DNA of 57,754 nucleotides, counting the filler, from Platydemus manokwari (taxonomy: Eukaryota), in the NCBI GenBank assembly GCA_037951405.1. It is 6 parts of 6 records of this genome, joined end to end, with 100 filler letters (N's around TTAATTAATTAA, not from the genome) between each part and the next. Parts side by side here need not be neighbours in the genome. Positions count along the whole stretch, not along the records: positions 37,090 to 46,631 come from JBBMOY011234876.1; positions 46,732 to 57,754 come from JBBMOY010968862.1; 4 more parts are not named here. One strand, given 5' to 3'. The notes below the pieces were generated by a model. The model worked only from the letters and a program-made list of their open reading frames with translations. It was not told where the DNA came from and did no database searches. A program made the translations under genes and the position numbers. This document shows positions 37,090-57,754 of this stretch, in pieces (position 1 is the first letter of the stretch; the number at the start of each line of letters is the position of its first letter).

Positions 37090-40000
37090 TTATTATTATT
37101 ATTATTATTATCAGTATTATTATTAACATCGTTTTAGTGTTAGTTAATATAATATTATTATTACTGTAATAATTATAATTAATTATTATACTATAACATT
37201 AATTATTACAAAACAATAAATTCTAACATCAATAAAGTCCACTTCGATCGTCATTGAGTCATTGATTCGATTTTCTGATGAGCTCATATCATGGATACTT
37301 AGCTTTGTTGATTTCCTTTATTTCCTTATTTCTTTGAATGTTATCTTCTTAATTTCAGTCATTGATCAGAGCCTTTTTAAATAGTCAGAAACCACTTCTT
37401 TGTTTACATCTATTTCCATGAGCGGTTCCTCCTCTTTTCCACTCAAATTACCGATGAAGGTTCCATAATCTTGGTAGTACTGGCACTGCTTGCAATTGGT
37501 ATTTATGTTTGTCGTTATGAATGATATGGGAATTCCGTTTATATTTGTCTTATTAAACCTTAGCTTATTAACAATAAGTGCTCTCACAATGAAGATTTCT
37601 AGATTGACTGTTCAGTTGGATCCTGATTTCTTGATACTATTTCGAAGTTCTTCTTGTTATGTGCGTTTTCAAACAGTCTTAGCTCATGCATTGGACATTT
37701 AATATCTACCAGCATGGTGGTATTTTTCTTTTATTTTTCAATTCCATTTATTTTAATTATTAAAATTATAATAAATATTTTTTTATCAATTAGATTTTTT
37801 ACTAAATTTTTATTTAAAATTTTCAACTCATACATATGGCATTAAATCACATTATATTTTATATTTTATAATTAATCAAATAAAATTTCTGAAAATCGGA
37901 AACTTCCACAAAAATAAAAGAACTTAAGAAGATTCATTAATTGGTATCATGAATGATTAATAAATTACAACGATTAAAAGATAGTTAATTTCAGAATTAA
38001 ATTCCCATTGGTTGCAAAAGAATCGTTAACAGTTCCTTGTCTGTAATAATCGATATTTGTCAAAATAGTTTTATTATTCCATTATTTTGTCTTTTGTCGT
38101 AATAGGAGATATTCATTAGGGAAATCGAATATTCCAATAAGTAAAGTTATTAAGTATCAACACCGAGATGCCGCTTTAATATTAAAATCTTTATAAATAT
38201 CTAAACGTTCCATTCGAATTTCGTTAACAATTATATTCATACAACTCCTAGACAATTAAACCTTGTTCAAGTCGTTATAAAAATTAATTATTGTTATATC
38301 TAATTAAACTGAATAAACTGACCATTTAGTTATAAATGAGAACGAATTCGTTTTGTATCATCAGCTGTGTACATAATTTTAATTCTAATGTTGTCTAATT
38401 TCATAAATAAGTTTTGGGGATTATTACGATTTAGATTTTTCAAAATGTTTGCTATGGTCGAATCTCCTCTAATTATCCAATTTAATATTATTCTCCAAAT
38501 CGAGTATTTTCATAAATCAATAATATATTATCTACCATTAACATTTCATGAATAGTGCTTAATAGATTAATTGAGTATAATACTAATGATGATATTCATA
38601 AGCATTATTCTTGTGTTTTTGAAATGGATTTCGTTGTATTAGATAAAGACAAAAATCTTTTCTCATACTTTAGCTTTCCAGGAAAATCCATGGCTAATTA
38701 ATTCAAAAATTATTCGTTATTACTACAAATTTATCATTAGCAAGAAATCATCTTTTCTACTACAATATCACTGTTAGATTATTTTCATAAATGTGGATGC
38801 AATTGAATTGCATTTGACTTGCTTGCGAGAGTTCTTCTAATGAATGAAAGACCACCATTTTATCTTAATAAATGGACTGTGGATATAATATTGCCATCAT
38901 TAACATTTATATTTGTTGCATATTGCTAAAGTTTTTTCGATTATTGTCCCAATATTTTATTGAACATTTTACTTTTTTCAGAATAAATGTTACTTCGAAA
39001 TGGGTTTTCCAATGAAATACTATGTAATTCTCACAACTAGTCTATCGATAGATCAATTTCAAAACCCTTGCCACTCATCAATGTACGAAAAATTATCAAA
39101 AGAAAAATTCACCATATAAATGGATTTTACTAACCCTTTGGTTTGGTGTCATATCATCCTTATCCACCGAATAAACTTACATATATTGAAAAAATTATTC
39201 AAATTTCTCTGGACATTTTTACTGAAAATCTATATCAAATCTAAGATATTAAATTCTAATAATTTTCGGATTATTATCCAGAGATGGTTACAAATTTACG
39301 GAAATATATTTAGATAAATATAAACTACAGTGATTTAGATCAAAGATACATTAAAAGTTAATTACTTAATCATGGAAATTATAGTTATAGATAATAGATT
39401 AGAAATATATTAGTAGAAGAATAATTAATAAATTATTTAATATTACGAATTCCTTAGTCATTGCATGACTTGTTTCTGACTAAAATATGCAGCATATGAA
39501 ATAAAAAATTTTATTGCGATAATATAAATGCATGAATATAAAATGAGGTTAGAAATTTTAAGCTGCAATAATAATTTTTATTAATTATAAGTACTATTAT
39601 TACCTGCCTATTTAATAATTAGCAAATAAAGCAAGTTAAATTTAATCCAGATTTAGTGGATCAAGACTAAATATCAATCATTGATCTGTATCTCTCAAAT
39701 TTTTTAATACATATCATAGATATAACTGAATATTAAAGCTGTAATTTTTTTCAGCTAATATTCTTGGAAATCAAAAATTAAAATATTGTATGATACTTTG
39801 TCAGAAGAAAGTCAAATTAAACAATATTATAAAGGTTTACAGAAATTTTTAAAGAAATAAATTGAATCTGGATGTTTAAATACATCACTGAAATAAATAG
39901 TTTTAAAAATCTTCTAATTCAAGTCAGAACATATTATTAGATTAAAGATATTGTTGGAAAAATTTAATAATTTAAAAACTATGATATTTATTAATTTTAT

Positions 40001-41593
40001 TTAAAAAATTGTGAAAATTTATTTACGATCCAAATACTAAAAATTTTCGAGATGTATTTAAATATTGATGTAAATCAAAATTCTAAATCCTGATAAATGT
40101 CAATAAAGCCTATATTGGCACATCAGAATTATATTTTGAATTTCAAGAAATTTCTTTTCATTTGGCATTATGAAAATGATTAAGAAATTTTATATGAAAA
40201 TATTAATTTTTAAAATAAATTAATAAAGAAATCAATTTATAAATTTGATCTCAATGTTTCGATTTTCGTTTTTCAATTTGTGACAAACAAAAAATTATCC
40301 TTTAATATCAATAATAAGAAAAATTCTTTCGATTTCCCACTGTGTTTTCTGAAATAAATTCACTGGCTATTTTGACAAGTTGTGAAAGAATATTTTCATA
40401 ATTGCATTGAAATTTACGTTGTCTTTCAATAAACCTCACACCTTAAATTATTCAGACGTATTTTCGTTCAGAACGAAATTATTCTCATTTCAATATCATT
40501 TGAAATGGTAAAAGAAAAAACCGATTTCGATATCGATCGCTTCGAAATTTCGTTTGGATTTTTTTACAAATCTAATTCTAATAATCATAAATTAGACAAT
40601 TGGAATTTTTGTTTGAAAAATCAAATCAAACAGATATTGGCTTGGAGGAGATCCTCTTCTATCAATAGCAATCTTAAAAATCATAGAGTTGGTTTCAAAT
40701 TGAGAATTATAGAACAGTTTCGTTTTTCTTTGTACTTTAATTTTTATTGAAAATTTTTTATCTTTTGAAATTTTCGAAATAAAATTACAATTTATGAAAA
40801 TAAGTAAATATTAATAAAAAAAATTATATGCAAGAAATTAAAAGAAATTCTTTAAAATAACTAATTGGATCAAATTTCTTTTTCAATGATAACGATATTT
40901 GACAAGATTAACCTACTTAGTTATTCATGTCATCCTATTAAAATAATTTTCTGTCAGATTTGCTAAGATATTTAGCTAAGCTTGAAAATTAGATTTCACC
41001 TTTAGCTCAATCGAATGTCATATAAGGGGAAAATGACAAGAAAAAATGATTTAAAATTTTTCATTTTTTGGATAGAAGCGAAATGGATTATGATTTTAAT
41101 AAAACTGTTTGTTAAAAATTTAGAAATAAGTACAGTAATTATTATATTTTTATTAATGAAATAAGATCAGGTTTTAAGTTTTTAATTATAATTTTTTATT
41201 CAAATATCATTTGTATTTTTAAAATTTATTTATTTCGTTTAAGAGTTGACTTTTTAATAATTCATAATAAGAACTTTTATATTTTAAAATTCATCGTTCA
41301 AAAATAAAAACATTAAAAACTCAATTATAAATTAAAAAATAAATTTTGATTTTTAAAAGAATATTTAAATCATAAATTTTGATTATGAACTTGAATATCA
41401 TTAGAATTTCATATTAGTTTGGTTCCAACCAGTTTGTTTCATTTCATCACAACGCAATATCTAATGAACGCAAAGTTTGACAAACGCAGAAACGGATTTT
41501 AAAATATAAAGATAATGGAAAAGTATCGGGAAATAGATTTGAAATTATAAAAGAAGTTCACCAGTAACCAAATTAAAATTGATAAAATATTAC

Positions 41594-42199
41594 CTGGCAC
41601 TTTATGACAAAGTGACTTAAATTGTATCCGAGATTCTTTCGATCGAAACTTGGCGGCAAACTTTCCAGGTATGCAGGAAAATTTATTGTTCCGGTGAATG
41701 TTATGTAATCTCTTCTCTTGTCCTTATTGCGTAAATGTTCAATGCCATAATCATTGGTATTTTGAGCATAGCTTCGCGGCGTTTTGAAATTATGTGATTG
41801 AATGACCTGTTCTCCTTGTGGGGAAATCGGTCTCAAATTACATACCGTAACAGATGGAAAAGGAGAATTGGCATCCCTTATAACCCTTGGCGGATGAATG
41901 ACATTGAATTCCAGATATTGTTTCAGTAAAAATATCATACAAACGCACCAACCAGTGATCAGTGCACAAACGAAAAATAACCACATCATTCTGATCGTTT
42001 TCGTACGAGCTCTGAAGATATGAGGTATTCCACGTATGCTTGTACTCTTACAAAATAAAACCGTTTCTTCTTTCCAATTCGAACATATTTTATCTTTTTC
42101 TCGAGACTTCATATCGAATTCATCGGTGGTGATTCTCAGATTGGTTGGTGGATAAAACCAAGGATCTTCAAATTTCGTTTCATATTTATTACAACTCAT
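41594..42199 (-). CDS. DEG/ENaC (amiloride-sensitive, FaNaC-like) sodium channel, first coding exon
   Basis: ATG 42199 to donor GTAATA after 41594 (202 codons): FCKSTSIRGIPHI pre-M1 segment, hydrophobic TM1 (MMWLFFVCALITGWCVCMIFLL), and FPSVTVCNLRP signature. Later exons not confidently located. Confidence 0.92.
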
Positions 42200-45100
42200 T
42201 TTCAATTCAAATTGATCAATTTGACGAATAAATTTGAAAACAAAATTCTAAATTTAAATAAAAATGAGATCGGTAATTTAGTAAATTTCCATTGCATGGG
42301 AAGCTTTTCATATATTTATTCACTAGTAGAAATTGACCAACGAAAATCGTGGATTAATGAAATTGTGTTTCGTAGGTTGTTATTATTAAATTTTAATAAT
42401 TTTTTTTGATTAATTCTGTTAATAAATTCTGTATATAAATTTTAAATTGAGTTTATAATTATATATAATTATATTTCTATCAAAAAGTGACAAATTTAAA
42501 AAGTGCAGCAATTCCAATGGCGTTTGCTTTGGTAATCATTCAGTATTGCCTGTTTATAAGGGATGTTTAATATGAACTTAGTTAAAATTATATATTCTGA
42601 ACATTATCTTTAGAATTTTATAAGATTAATATAAATCGAGTATACTATTTATATTAAAACCATAAATTCAATTCGTCTGATTAAATCGTCCGGATAAATT
42701 TGAAATCTTGGATAATGTTTTAAAAAACCATTCCTTTAAATAAATTAATTTTCCAATAAATCATTTATTGATCGTTCAATTTAGTAAACACAATTAATCT
42801 ACCATTTTAAGTATGCGTGTTAAATTGTAAATGGTTTTTTCGTTTTATCGTGGTTCTGGTTGATCATTGCCAGTTGGTGTATGTAAATGTCAAAACAATT
42901 TGGTTGAACAACTATTCCGAAGTATTAAATTCCATTATTTTTTGAGTCTAAAATTAATCATATAAGACTTTTAAATAGTTCATATCCCTTCAAGAGCAAC
43001 TTTGTTATGTAGCAATCTGCTTTTACTTTCAGTGACTGGTCAGCAAGCTAATTAAAAACTCTTGGAATTAATTTTAAAATAAACACCATGTTAATAACAT
43101 TTGGTTAACTCCCAAAACACTGGTAAAATGTAATTTCAACATATAATATACACTTATGACATGAGAAAATATTTTTATCTCATCTCATATGGTATTAGTG
43201 ACAATATCTTGATAAAATTAAGAAGGTCATGTTATACATTATCAATTGATGTTTATTTCAGTTGCTTATACTTGTCTATCGACACACTTGATTTTGTCGT
43301 TTTCATTGTAGTGTAATATTAGGATACCGTTATATACGTGTGTGTGTATGATTAAGGTCTTCGTTTGTCCTTTCTCATTACCTTTCCATGACATATACGT
43401 TGTCGAACTCAACGATAATATAAATTATAAATGAATCATAGTTGTCGATAATAAAATTTATAACATAAGTAATAAAAATCTCTTATATTTCCCTCATATT
43501 TTGGTCTTTAGAGCCATGATTTTAACAATATTTTATTCGTTTTCATTTGTTTAATTCACATGAGTGTTAAATTGAAATACCATACCAAGGTTTTTGAACA
43601 AGATATTAATAACCCAAATCGTGTTACTCAACACACATAAATTGACGACAATAAATACATTTTACTCTAATCAATTCACTGGCTACAATAGCCAATAGCT
43701 CATATTTGCAAAGTAATTTATAGCCAAAAGTTAGAGTGCTTTGACTTCTTCATTCAACATTTTGATTTTAAGGATTCTAAGTGAAATTAACGATTTATTC
43801 CGACTAGATTGATCAATCTCTTTGTATATATCGTTAAATATGTGTCGTTATTTCCATATTCGACAATTAAGTAATTGCCGGTGCTTGTCATCGTTTTTTT
43901 TTATATTCGGTGTTCAATCGAACGTTGTTATCAATATCAAATTATTTGTTTTCTCTCAATAAATAAATAATAATGTTGAGTGTTAGTTGCTAACACTTTC
44001 GTTTTTTATTTTGGATTCAAAAGTCACAATTATTAACTCGCAAACAAAAATATTTTTATATTAAATATTTTCCAAACAAATATTCTATTGTTTTTAGTCT
44101 TCTTTAAAAATTCAAATTACCATCAATATATTGCATTTTTATTTTAAATTTTATGAATTATTTTTCAAAAAGTTTTGAGAGGTTACAGTAATGGTTTGAG
44201 CAAGTTAAATACAAATATTAAATATTTTTAATATAATCAATTCAAAATAATCTTTTTAAAATTATTAATCGTAATCTAAATTATAAACTTCACATTGAGT
44301 ATTGTGCTAAACGCAGAATCTTAATCGATACGAGTTGTTTAAATAAATTTCAATTTTTTGGCTGTATTTGAAATACTTTATTTCAAATTGGAAGTTATAA
44401 GCTTTACCTAATAATGATTTAAATGTAAAAACCAACCAGTCATCTGTTACAATGATTAACCACTTAGATAAGAAGTAAGAATTCAAAAATTACATTGAAG
44501 AAAATAGTTGCATTGGCTCATTTAAATTGTTTATTTACTAGTTTGCATAGAAATTAAATCTACTTGATTGCAAGTTGTCGAGTGATTTCTAGAATTGATG
44601 ATTGAAATGAACTTTGTCAGAATTGATTAATACTTCTTCCGAATAAGTATCTGACAACTTCAATATAAAGATTCCAAATAGTTCACAGGTGAAATATATT
44701 GTTGATTGTGTGACAAAAGCAATCAAAATACTTACGAAAGCCTACAGTATAACCCTCAAAATGGTTGATATGCATAGATACAATGCTCTCACATGCCTTA
44801 GACCCTGCAGAATAACAATCCACATATAGAACTCGGTCTTCAATTGGCGCACATCAACAACGAGCAACAAACATCACGATTCGCTAATGGCACGAATGAT
44901 ACCAGATAATTTGTTAATAAGCTAGATATGGACGGTTTTAAAGAATAAAAAATCAAAGCTACAAAACAGCAGATCAACACAAATGACAAAGTTATAAAAG
45001 GAGTCGAATCTCGAGAGTATTTCATGGTCGGTAACTTTCTATTTATCGTAATTCTGACCACCATTAATAAATTTTTGTCTCTGCTTTATCCTACAGGTAC

Positions 45101-45673
45101 TGATGCCCTTTGTAAATTGATAATTCACTTTGTTCTTGTGAGTGTGATATAGAGTATTGACGATAACTAACAGTATGAAAATATTCTATCAATCTGTTAT
45201 GTGTTATACTTCCAAATTAGTATCTTTAAACTATTGTGCTCCGATTGAGGCACCGCAGTTAATTGCAATTATATTTCTTTCAATTTAGAAATTATGTTAT
45301 CTTTTTTGAATTTTATTTGATTGTATTTTGGAATTATTTCTTTGTGTTGGTTATTGCTAAGAGTAATTTTCATTTCTATAGTTAAATTTTTAAAATTCCT
45401 ATTACTGCTATTAAAGGGTCACGAATTTGACCTATATTTGAGAATCTTTTAAATAATTATATAATTTCGAGCTTAAAAGTTATGCTTTTATTTTTCAGAA
45501 TTCTGATATATAACGGCTTCGATCGTTTCAAGATTTATTTTGAGAATATACCGTTCGATTCATAAGTGTCGGTCTTTAAAACTAAAATATTTATGCTCAA
45601 TGATATTAATTATTATTTACTAATTAATATACTTGATTTCTTATTTCTTATTAATCAGTGCCATTATTACAAT

Positions 45674-46631
45674 ATGGTGGAAGCAGGTGGTGATGTTAAA
45701 TCTTCGCTTGTGAATAGTGTGTTTATAGTTACCCATGCAGTAGTGAATCAGAGTAATTCCAATGTTTGCCAAGAATTTCAACAACATTTCAATAGTGCAC
45801 CACCAGATAGGACAACAGTGCAATAATGGGAGCAGAAGTTTAAAGAAACTGGAAACTTATCCATTAGGTTGCGATCAGGATGACCGTCTGATGAAATCAT
45901 GAAGGAAAAGGTGGTAAATCTCATAAGAAGGAATGATGGCACAAATCAACCGAGAAACTGCTTGAGTGGGTATGACTTCACAAATTTCTCAAGTAAGAAA
46001 AAATAAAACCTTTCAAATATTCTCTTAATCAAGCATTGGGAGATGATCCCAATAGGAGGGTTGAATTCTGTTCTTGGATAGTCAATGAAAACAATTTTAA
46101 TTCCCATGGAAAGATTATTTTCTCAGATGAAGCTTCTTTTTATCTAAACACAATCTCTTTTATTACGCTAAAGAGAATGAACATCGTGTGTTATCTGTAC
46201 CACTTAAATCACCTGGACTTGCCGTTTTGGCAGCTATGTCATACGATCTTGATGTAAACTTCAGTATCAATCTTGAAACAATGAACAAAGAGCGATATGT
46301 CACAGTTTTAAATCAAAAGCTGTTGTTCTTCATTAGAAATGCCAATCAACTTTGGTATGTCCCGCCTCACTTTAGTAATTCTGCACGACAATTGCTTGAT
46401 CAACATTTTCCAGAGCGATGGATTGGTCTTAGAGGATCAAAAGAATGGCCAACAGGATCTCCAAACCCCCACGATATTGAACTTTTGCCTATGGCGCTGT
46501 ATCAGAGATCGAGTTTATGCAACCCATAACGATTATACAGCTCTCAACGAACATGAAGAAGCAATTTCACATGAATTAATAAACATTAATCAAGAAGTCG
46601 TCCGTAAATGTTATTCAAGCTTCAGGAAACG
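45674..46631 (+). mobile_element. Tc1/mariner-superfamily transposase pseudogene (DUF4817-HTH, WPPRSPDL type), cut by the gap
   Basis: FQQHFNSAPPDRTTVQ*WEQKFKETG HTH; RRVEFC...IIFSDEASFYLN; PPHF...LDQHFPERWIG...EWPTGSP...NFCLW...RDRVYA. Stops and frameshifts present. Confidence 0.9.
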
Positions 46632-46731
46632 NNNNNNNNNNNNNNNNNNNNNNNNNNNNNNNNNNNNNNNNNNNNTTAATTAATTAANNNNNNNNNNNNN
46701 NNNNNNNNNNNNNNNNNNNNNNNNNNNNNNN
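46632..46731. other. Artificial contig-join spacer
   Basis: 44N-TTAATTAATTAA-44N. Confidence 0.97.
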
Positions 46732-48232
46732 CGGTCAAACATCAAATCCGCATATCAGCAATGGCAATTCCACCAAGGGAAAGCTATATTACTATCGAGG
46801 ACAAGATTAAGATCAAATGACATCTCGGACGACGAATATGCGGGTTCTAAGGATGATGAGGTGTCCAGCAAACTTGGATAGACGAGAATAAACGTTTGTG
46901 AGACGAAGAGAATCCTGTGATATTTTGCCTTGCCACTATGCGATGATGGTATCGGGCACTGCCTGACTTGTATTTTAAAAACTGCGTTTTATCAATAAAT
47001 ATTTGTATAAACATCTAATAAAATGCAACAAGTGGCCTAAGTTAAGGAAAGTGGTCCTTTGACTCAATTTTAATGTAATGATTTTCGTGAGTTTTTTATA
47101 TAAAAATTTATTTTTAATCATATTTTAAATATAAAATTTCTATTTAACCTGTATTTATTGTTTATACAGTCGACGTGTTCCTGTTGCGGACTAGAAACAA
47201 GAAGTAATTCTTTCTTGTTATATCTTTCAACAACTCAAATAACATGTCTTTAATGTCCGCAATTATAATTGGGCCCTCCAAAATAGGCTTCATTATTTTC
47301 TACGACGACATTTTGGCCTCCATTTATTTTTTTATGTCAAACTATTTCTTCATACCCATTGAATTTTGTACCTTAATGAATAATTTTAAATTCTTAGTTT
47401 TATTTTAATGAAAATTGTCACTATTTACTGATTGTCGGTTTGCTCATGGATGTCATTTTTGCTAATACACTTTTTGTGTAAGCACCATGCACTACAAATA
47501 CCGTATTCAGAAAGTCGCAAAAGGATCGAATTGTTTAACCAAGTCCCTATTTGAACTCCGAAATTTCTTATATATTTGTGACATCTCAACCTCTCCGATT
47601 TATTTTATTTGGATTAAATCTTCATTTCAATACAGCGTCTACAGTTTTTGGATTTATAAATCCAATCTATTAAATATATATATTTATTTTGAGATAACAA
47701 ACAAGTATCTAATTCCTGGAGTTACTCAATTATTTCGAAGTAAATTTTTTATAAAACCCCTCTAAAAATCTTAGATATCGTTCCAATTGTTTCTAATGTT
47801 AAAAAGGAGGTTGTTACTAATTTCCAATTAATTGAATTTTGATCCGTTTTTCAAATAAATGATTTTTAGTATATTTCAAAGATATAGTACATGTAATAAT
47901 TGATTATAAACAATTAGTTTTTCTTAAGTACTTAAATAAAAATTCAAAATATTTTTTCAGAATTTAAATAAAGCTATATATTTTTGCAATACACTCCACA
48001 GATTTAAAATTTTATTTTGTAACCTATTTTAACTTTAGCTCAATAAAAATATTTTAGAATTACTGAAAAGTTTTGTACTGAAGATCAATTGATATAAAAA
48101 ATTTAGTAATAATTATTCATAAAAATACTAAATCTATTTAAAAATTCTAAAAATATAATCTAGAAATATAATCAGAACAACGATATAAAAAATCAAATAT
48201 AAATAACAATTAATATTATATTGTTAACCAAA

Positions 48233-56370
<8,138 letters not shown>

Positions 56371-57754
56371 CTAAATAAATAAACACTTAAATTTTTATTT
56401 CCGAAAGATGTTTTCTAATACGTATTTTGTTACATTTTTCATAATAAAATATATCAATTCATTTGTTATCACTATCCTAGAAGGGCATTTGCAAAAGAGA
56501 GTGAAGTTTTTAAAGAAAAAATGCATGTCCAAAGTTTTTATCGAAAAATATACAAATTTAATTTCTTTACTCGCATTTGTTGTTCAGATCTTTTTGTCCA
56601 GATCTTTATAAATTTATGATGCTTACTCATCAGACATCACTCTGATTATAAGATGTTGATAATTTATCATGGAATCTTTACAATAACTGTATTTTTATCT
56701 TTAGAAATCAATAGAATGGTTCCTTAAATAACTATAAGAGATATCAAAATATATTAAAATTAGCGCATTTTCTTTCGATTATAATTTTTAACCAGAATAT
56801 GTGGAAATTATTGAGATCCTTTCAACAGGACCCAATATGGCAAAAACATTCGCATGGTTGAACTAAAGATACGTTCTAAAACTGATAAAAAGCACAAATA
56901 AAAATGTATTCATTGAATTATATATAATTATATTTGATATTTTGAAAGATTTGTTTTATATTAAAACATATCTGGAGGTCTTTTAAAGTTTTACTTGGTA
57001 AAATATGAAATTTCTACTCTAGGACACTGTTTTTATAGAACATCAAGCAAATTAATGAAATATAATTAAGTTCTTCACCACTTAGCTCTTAGTGCACAAA
57101 TACCGAAGCAATATCTTTTCCAAAGGTATAATTTTTGAAGTTAGTTTTTCGATAAACAAATCTTTGTCTTAAAATACAGGACACTCCCTTACAGCGTTGA
57201 GATTTTTGATAATTTTTCCAAATTAAAGAACCTTCTTCATTTCATCTACAACCTCCATTCCATATTGAAAATGAAATTTGATATTATTTATATATAATCT
57301 GTTAAGTAATTTTTATATTGCTGCGTTTTTGAAAAGGTAATTGTAATGTTTTATTTGATACAATTTTAAAATAGAAAATTGTAATGCATTATCAATATGT
57401 GTTTTCATACAAATGATAATTTATTAAAATCTCTTTATTTAATTATGATGTCCACCTGTTGAAGAATCGATTTCCAAAATTATGTTTCGGGAAAAAGTTA
57501 TTGTCAACATCTCTTTACCAGCAATCTCTTTATCATATTTCATTAATCGCTTATGATGATTTGCAAACTTTAATAGGCCTTCTACACATGAGATATAAAA
57601 TCCATCAAATTTAGAAATATTTAAAGAAAAAATGGCTTTTTATGTTATGAAATAAATAATGTTTTATTTATCTTATTTTACGAGTTTTGATAGGATCCCT
57701 GTATTTACCATTGAAATTGAAGAATACGTCTTGCGAAATGCACTATATAACGAG

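Noticed and set aside
37276-37312. CTGATGAGCT...AGC, resembling a hammerhead core
   Set aside because: No GAAA follows the stem. Other CTGANGA hits checked (near 1377, 29568, 38357, 45888, 56627) also lack stem II plus GAAA.
37230-37700. ORF 37366-37587 as a gene
   Set aside because: No ATG or splice support. The NKEVVSDYLKRL segment vaguely resembles decayed non-LTR ORF sequence, too weak to call.
46732-47030. LTR-like 3' end (AATAAA...TGCAACA)
   Set aside because: The other end is lost in the gap; no partner LTR or target duplication to confirm it.

Overview
AT-rich, intron-rich eukaryotic genomic DNA. Introns of 43-60 bp are common and (TAA)n tracts occur; gene and transposon content suggest a free-living flatworm such as a planarian, which is inference only. 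The window is six contigs joined by five identical artificial 100-bp spacers (44 N + TTAATTAATTAA + 44 N), so adjacency across a spacer cannot be trusted. Genes reconstructed by hand from splice sites: QDPR (-, 3' end missing), complete CCT4 (+), the last two exons of an SHB/SHF-family SH2 adaptor (-, absent from the ORF track), four ankyrin exons of NOMPC/TRPN (+), UBL3 (+, CAAX exon missing), the first exon of a DEG/ENaC channel (-), and the 3' part of an ABCC/MRP transporter (-). The rest is mostly decayed transposons: Gag remnant, two mariners, Tigger/pogo, hAT MITE, Ty3/Gypsy, a Tc1-like element and possible LINE scraps. The standout observation is a fully intact type III hammerhead ribozyme on the minus strand at 31583-31639, isolated in AT-rich DNA. 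Also notable: interleaved antisense NOMPC/SH2-adaptor genes, two diverged copies of an unannotated 'LVxYSDxEESE' small ORF, and a structured 310-390-bp tandem repeat in a UBL3 intron.
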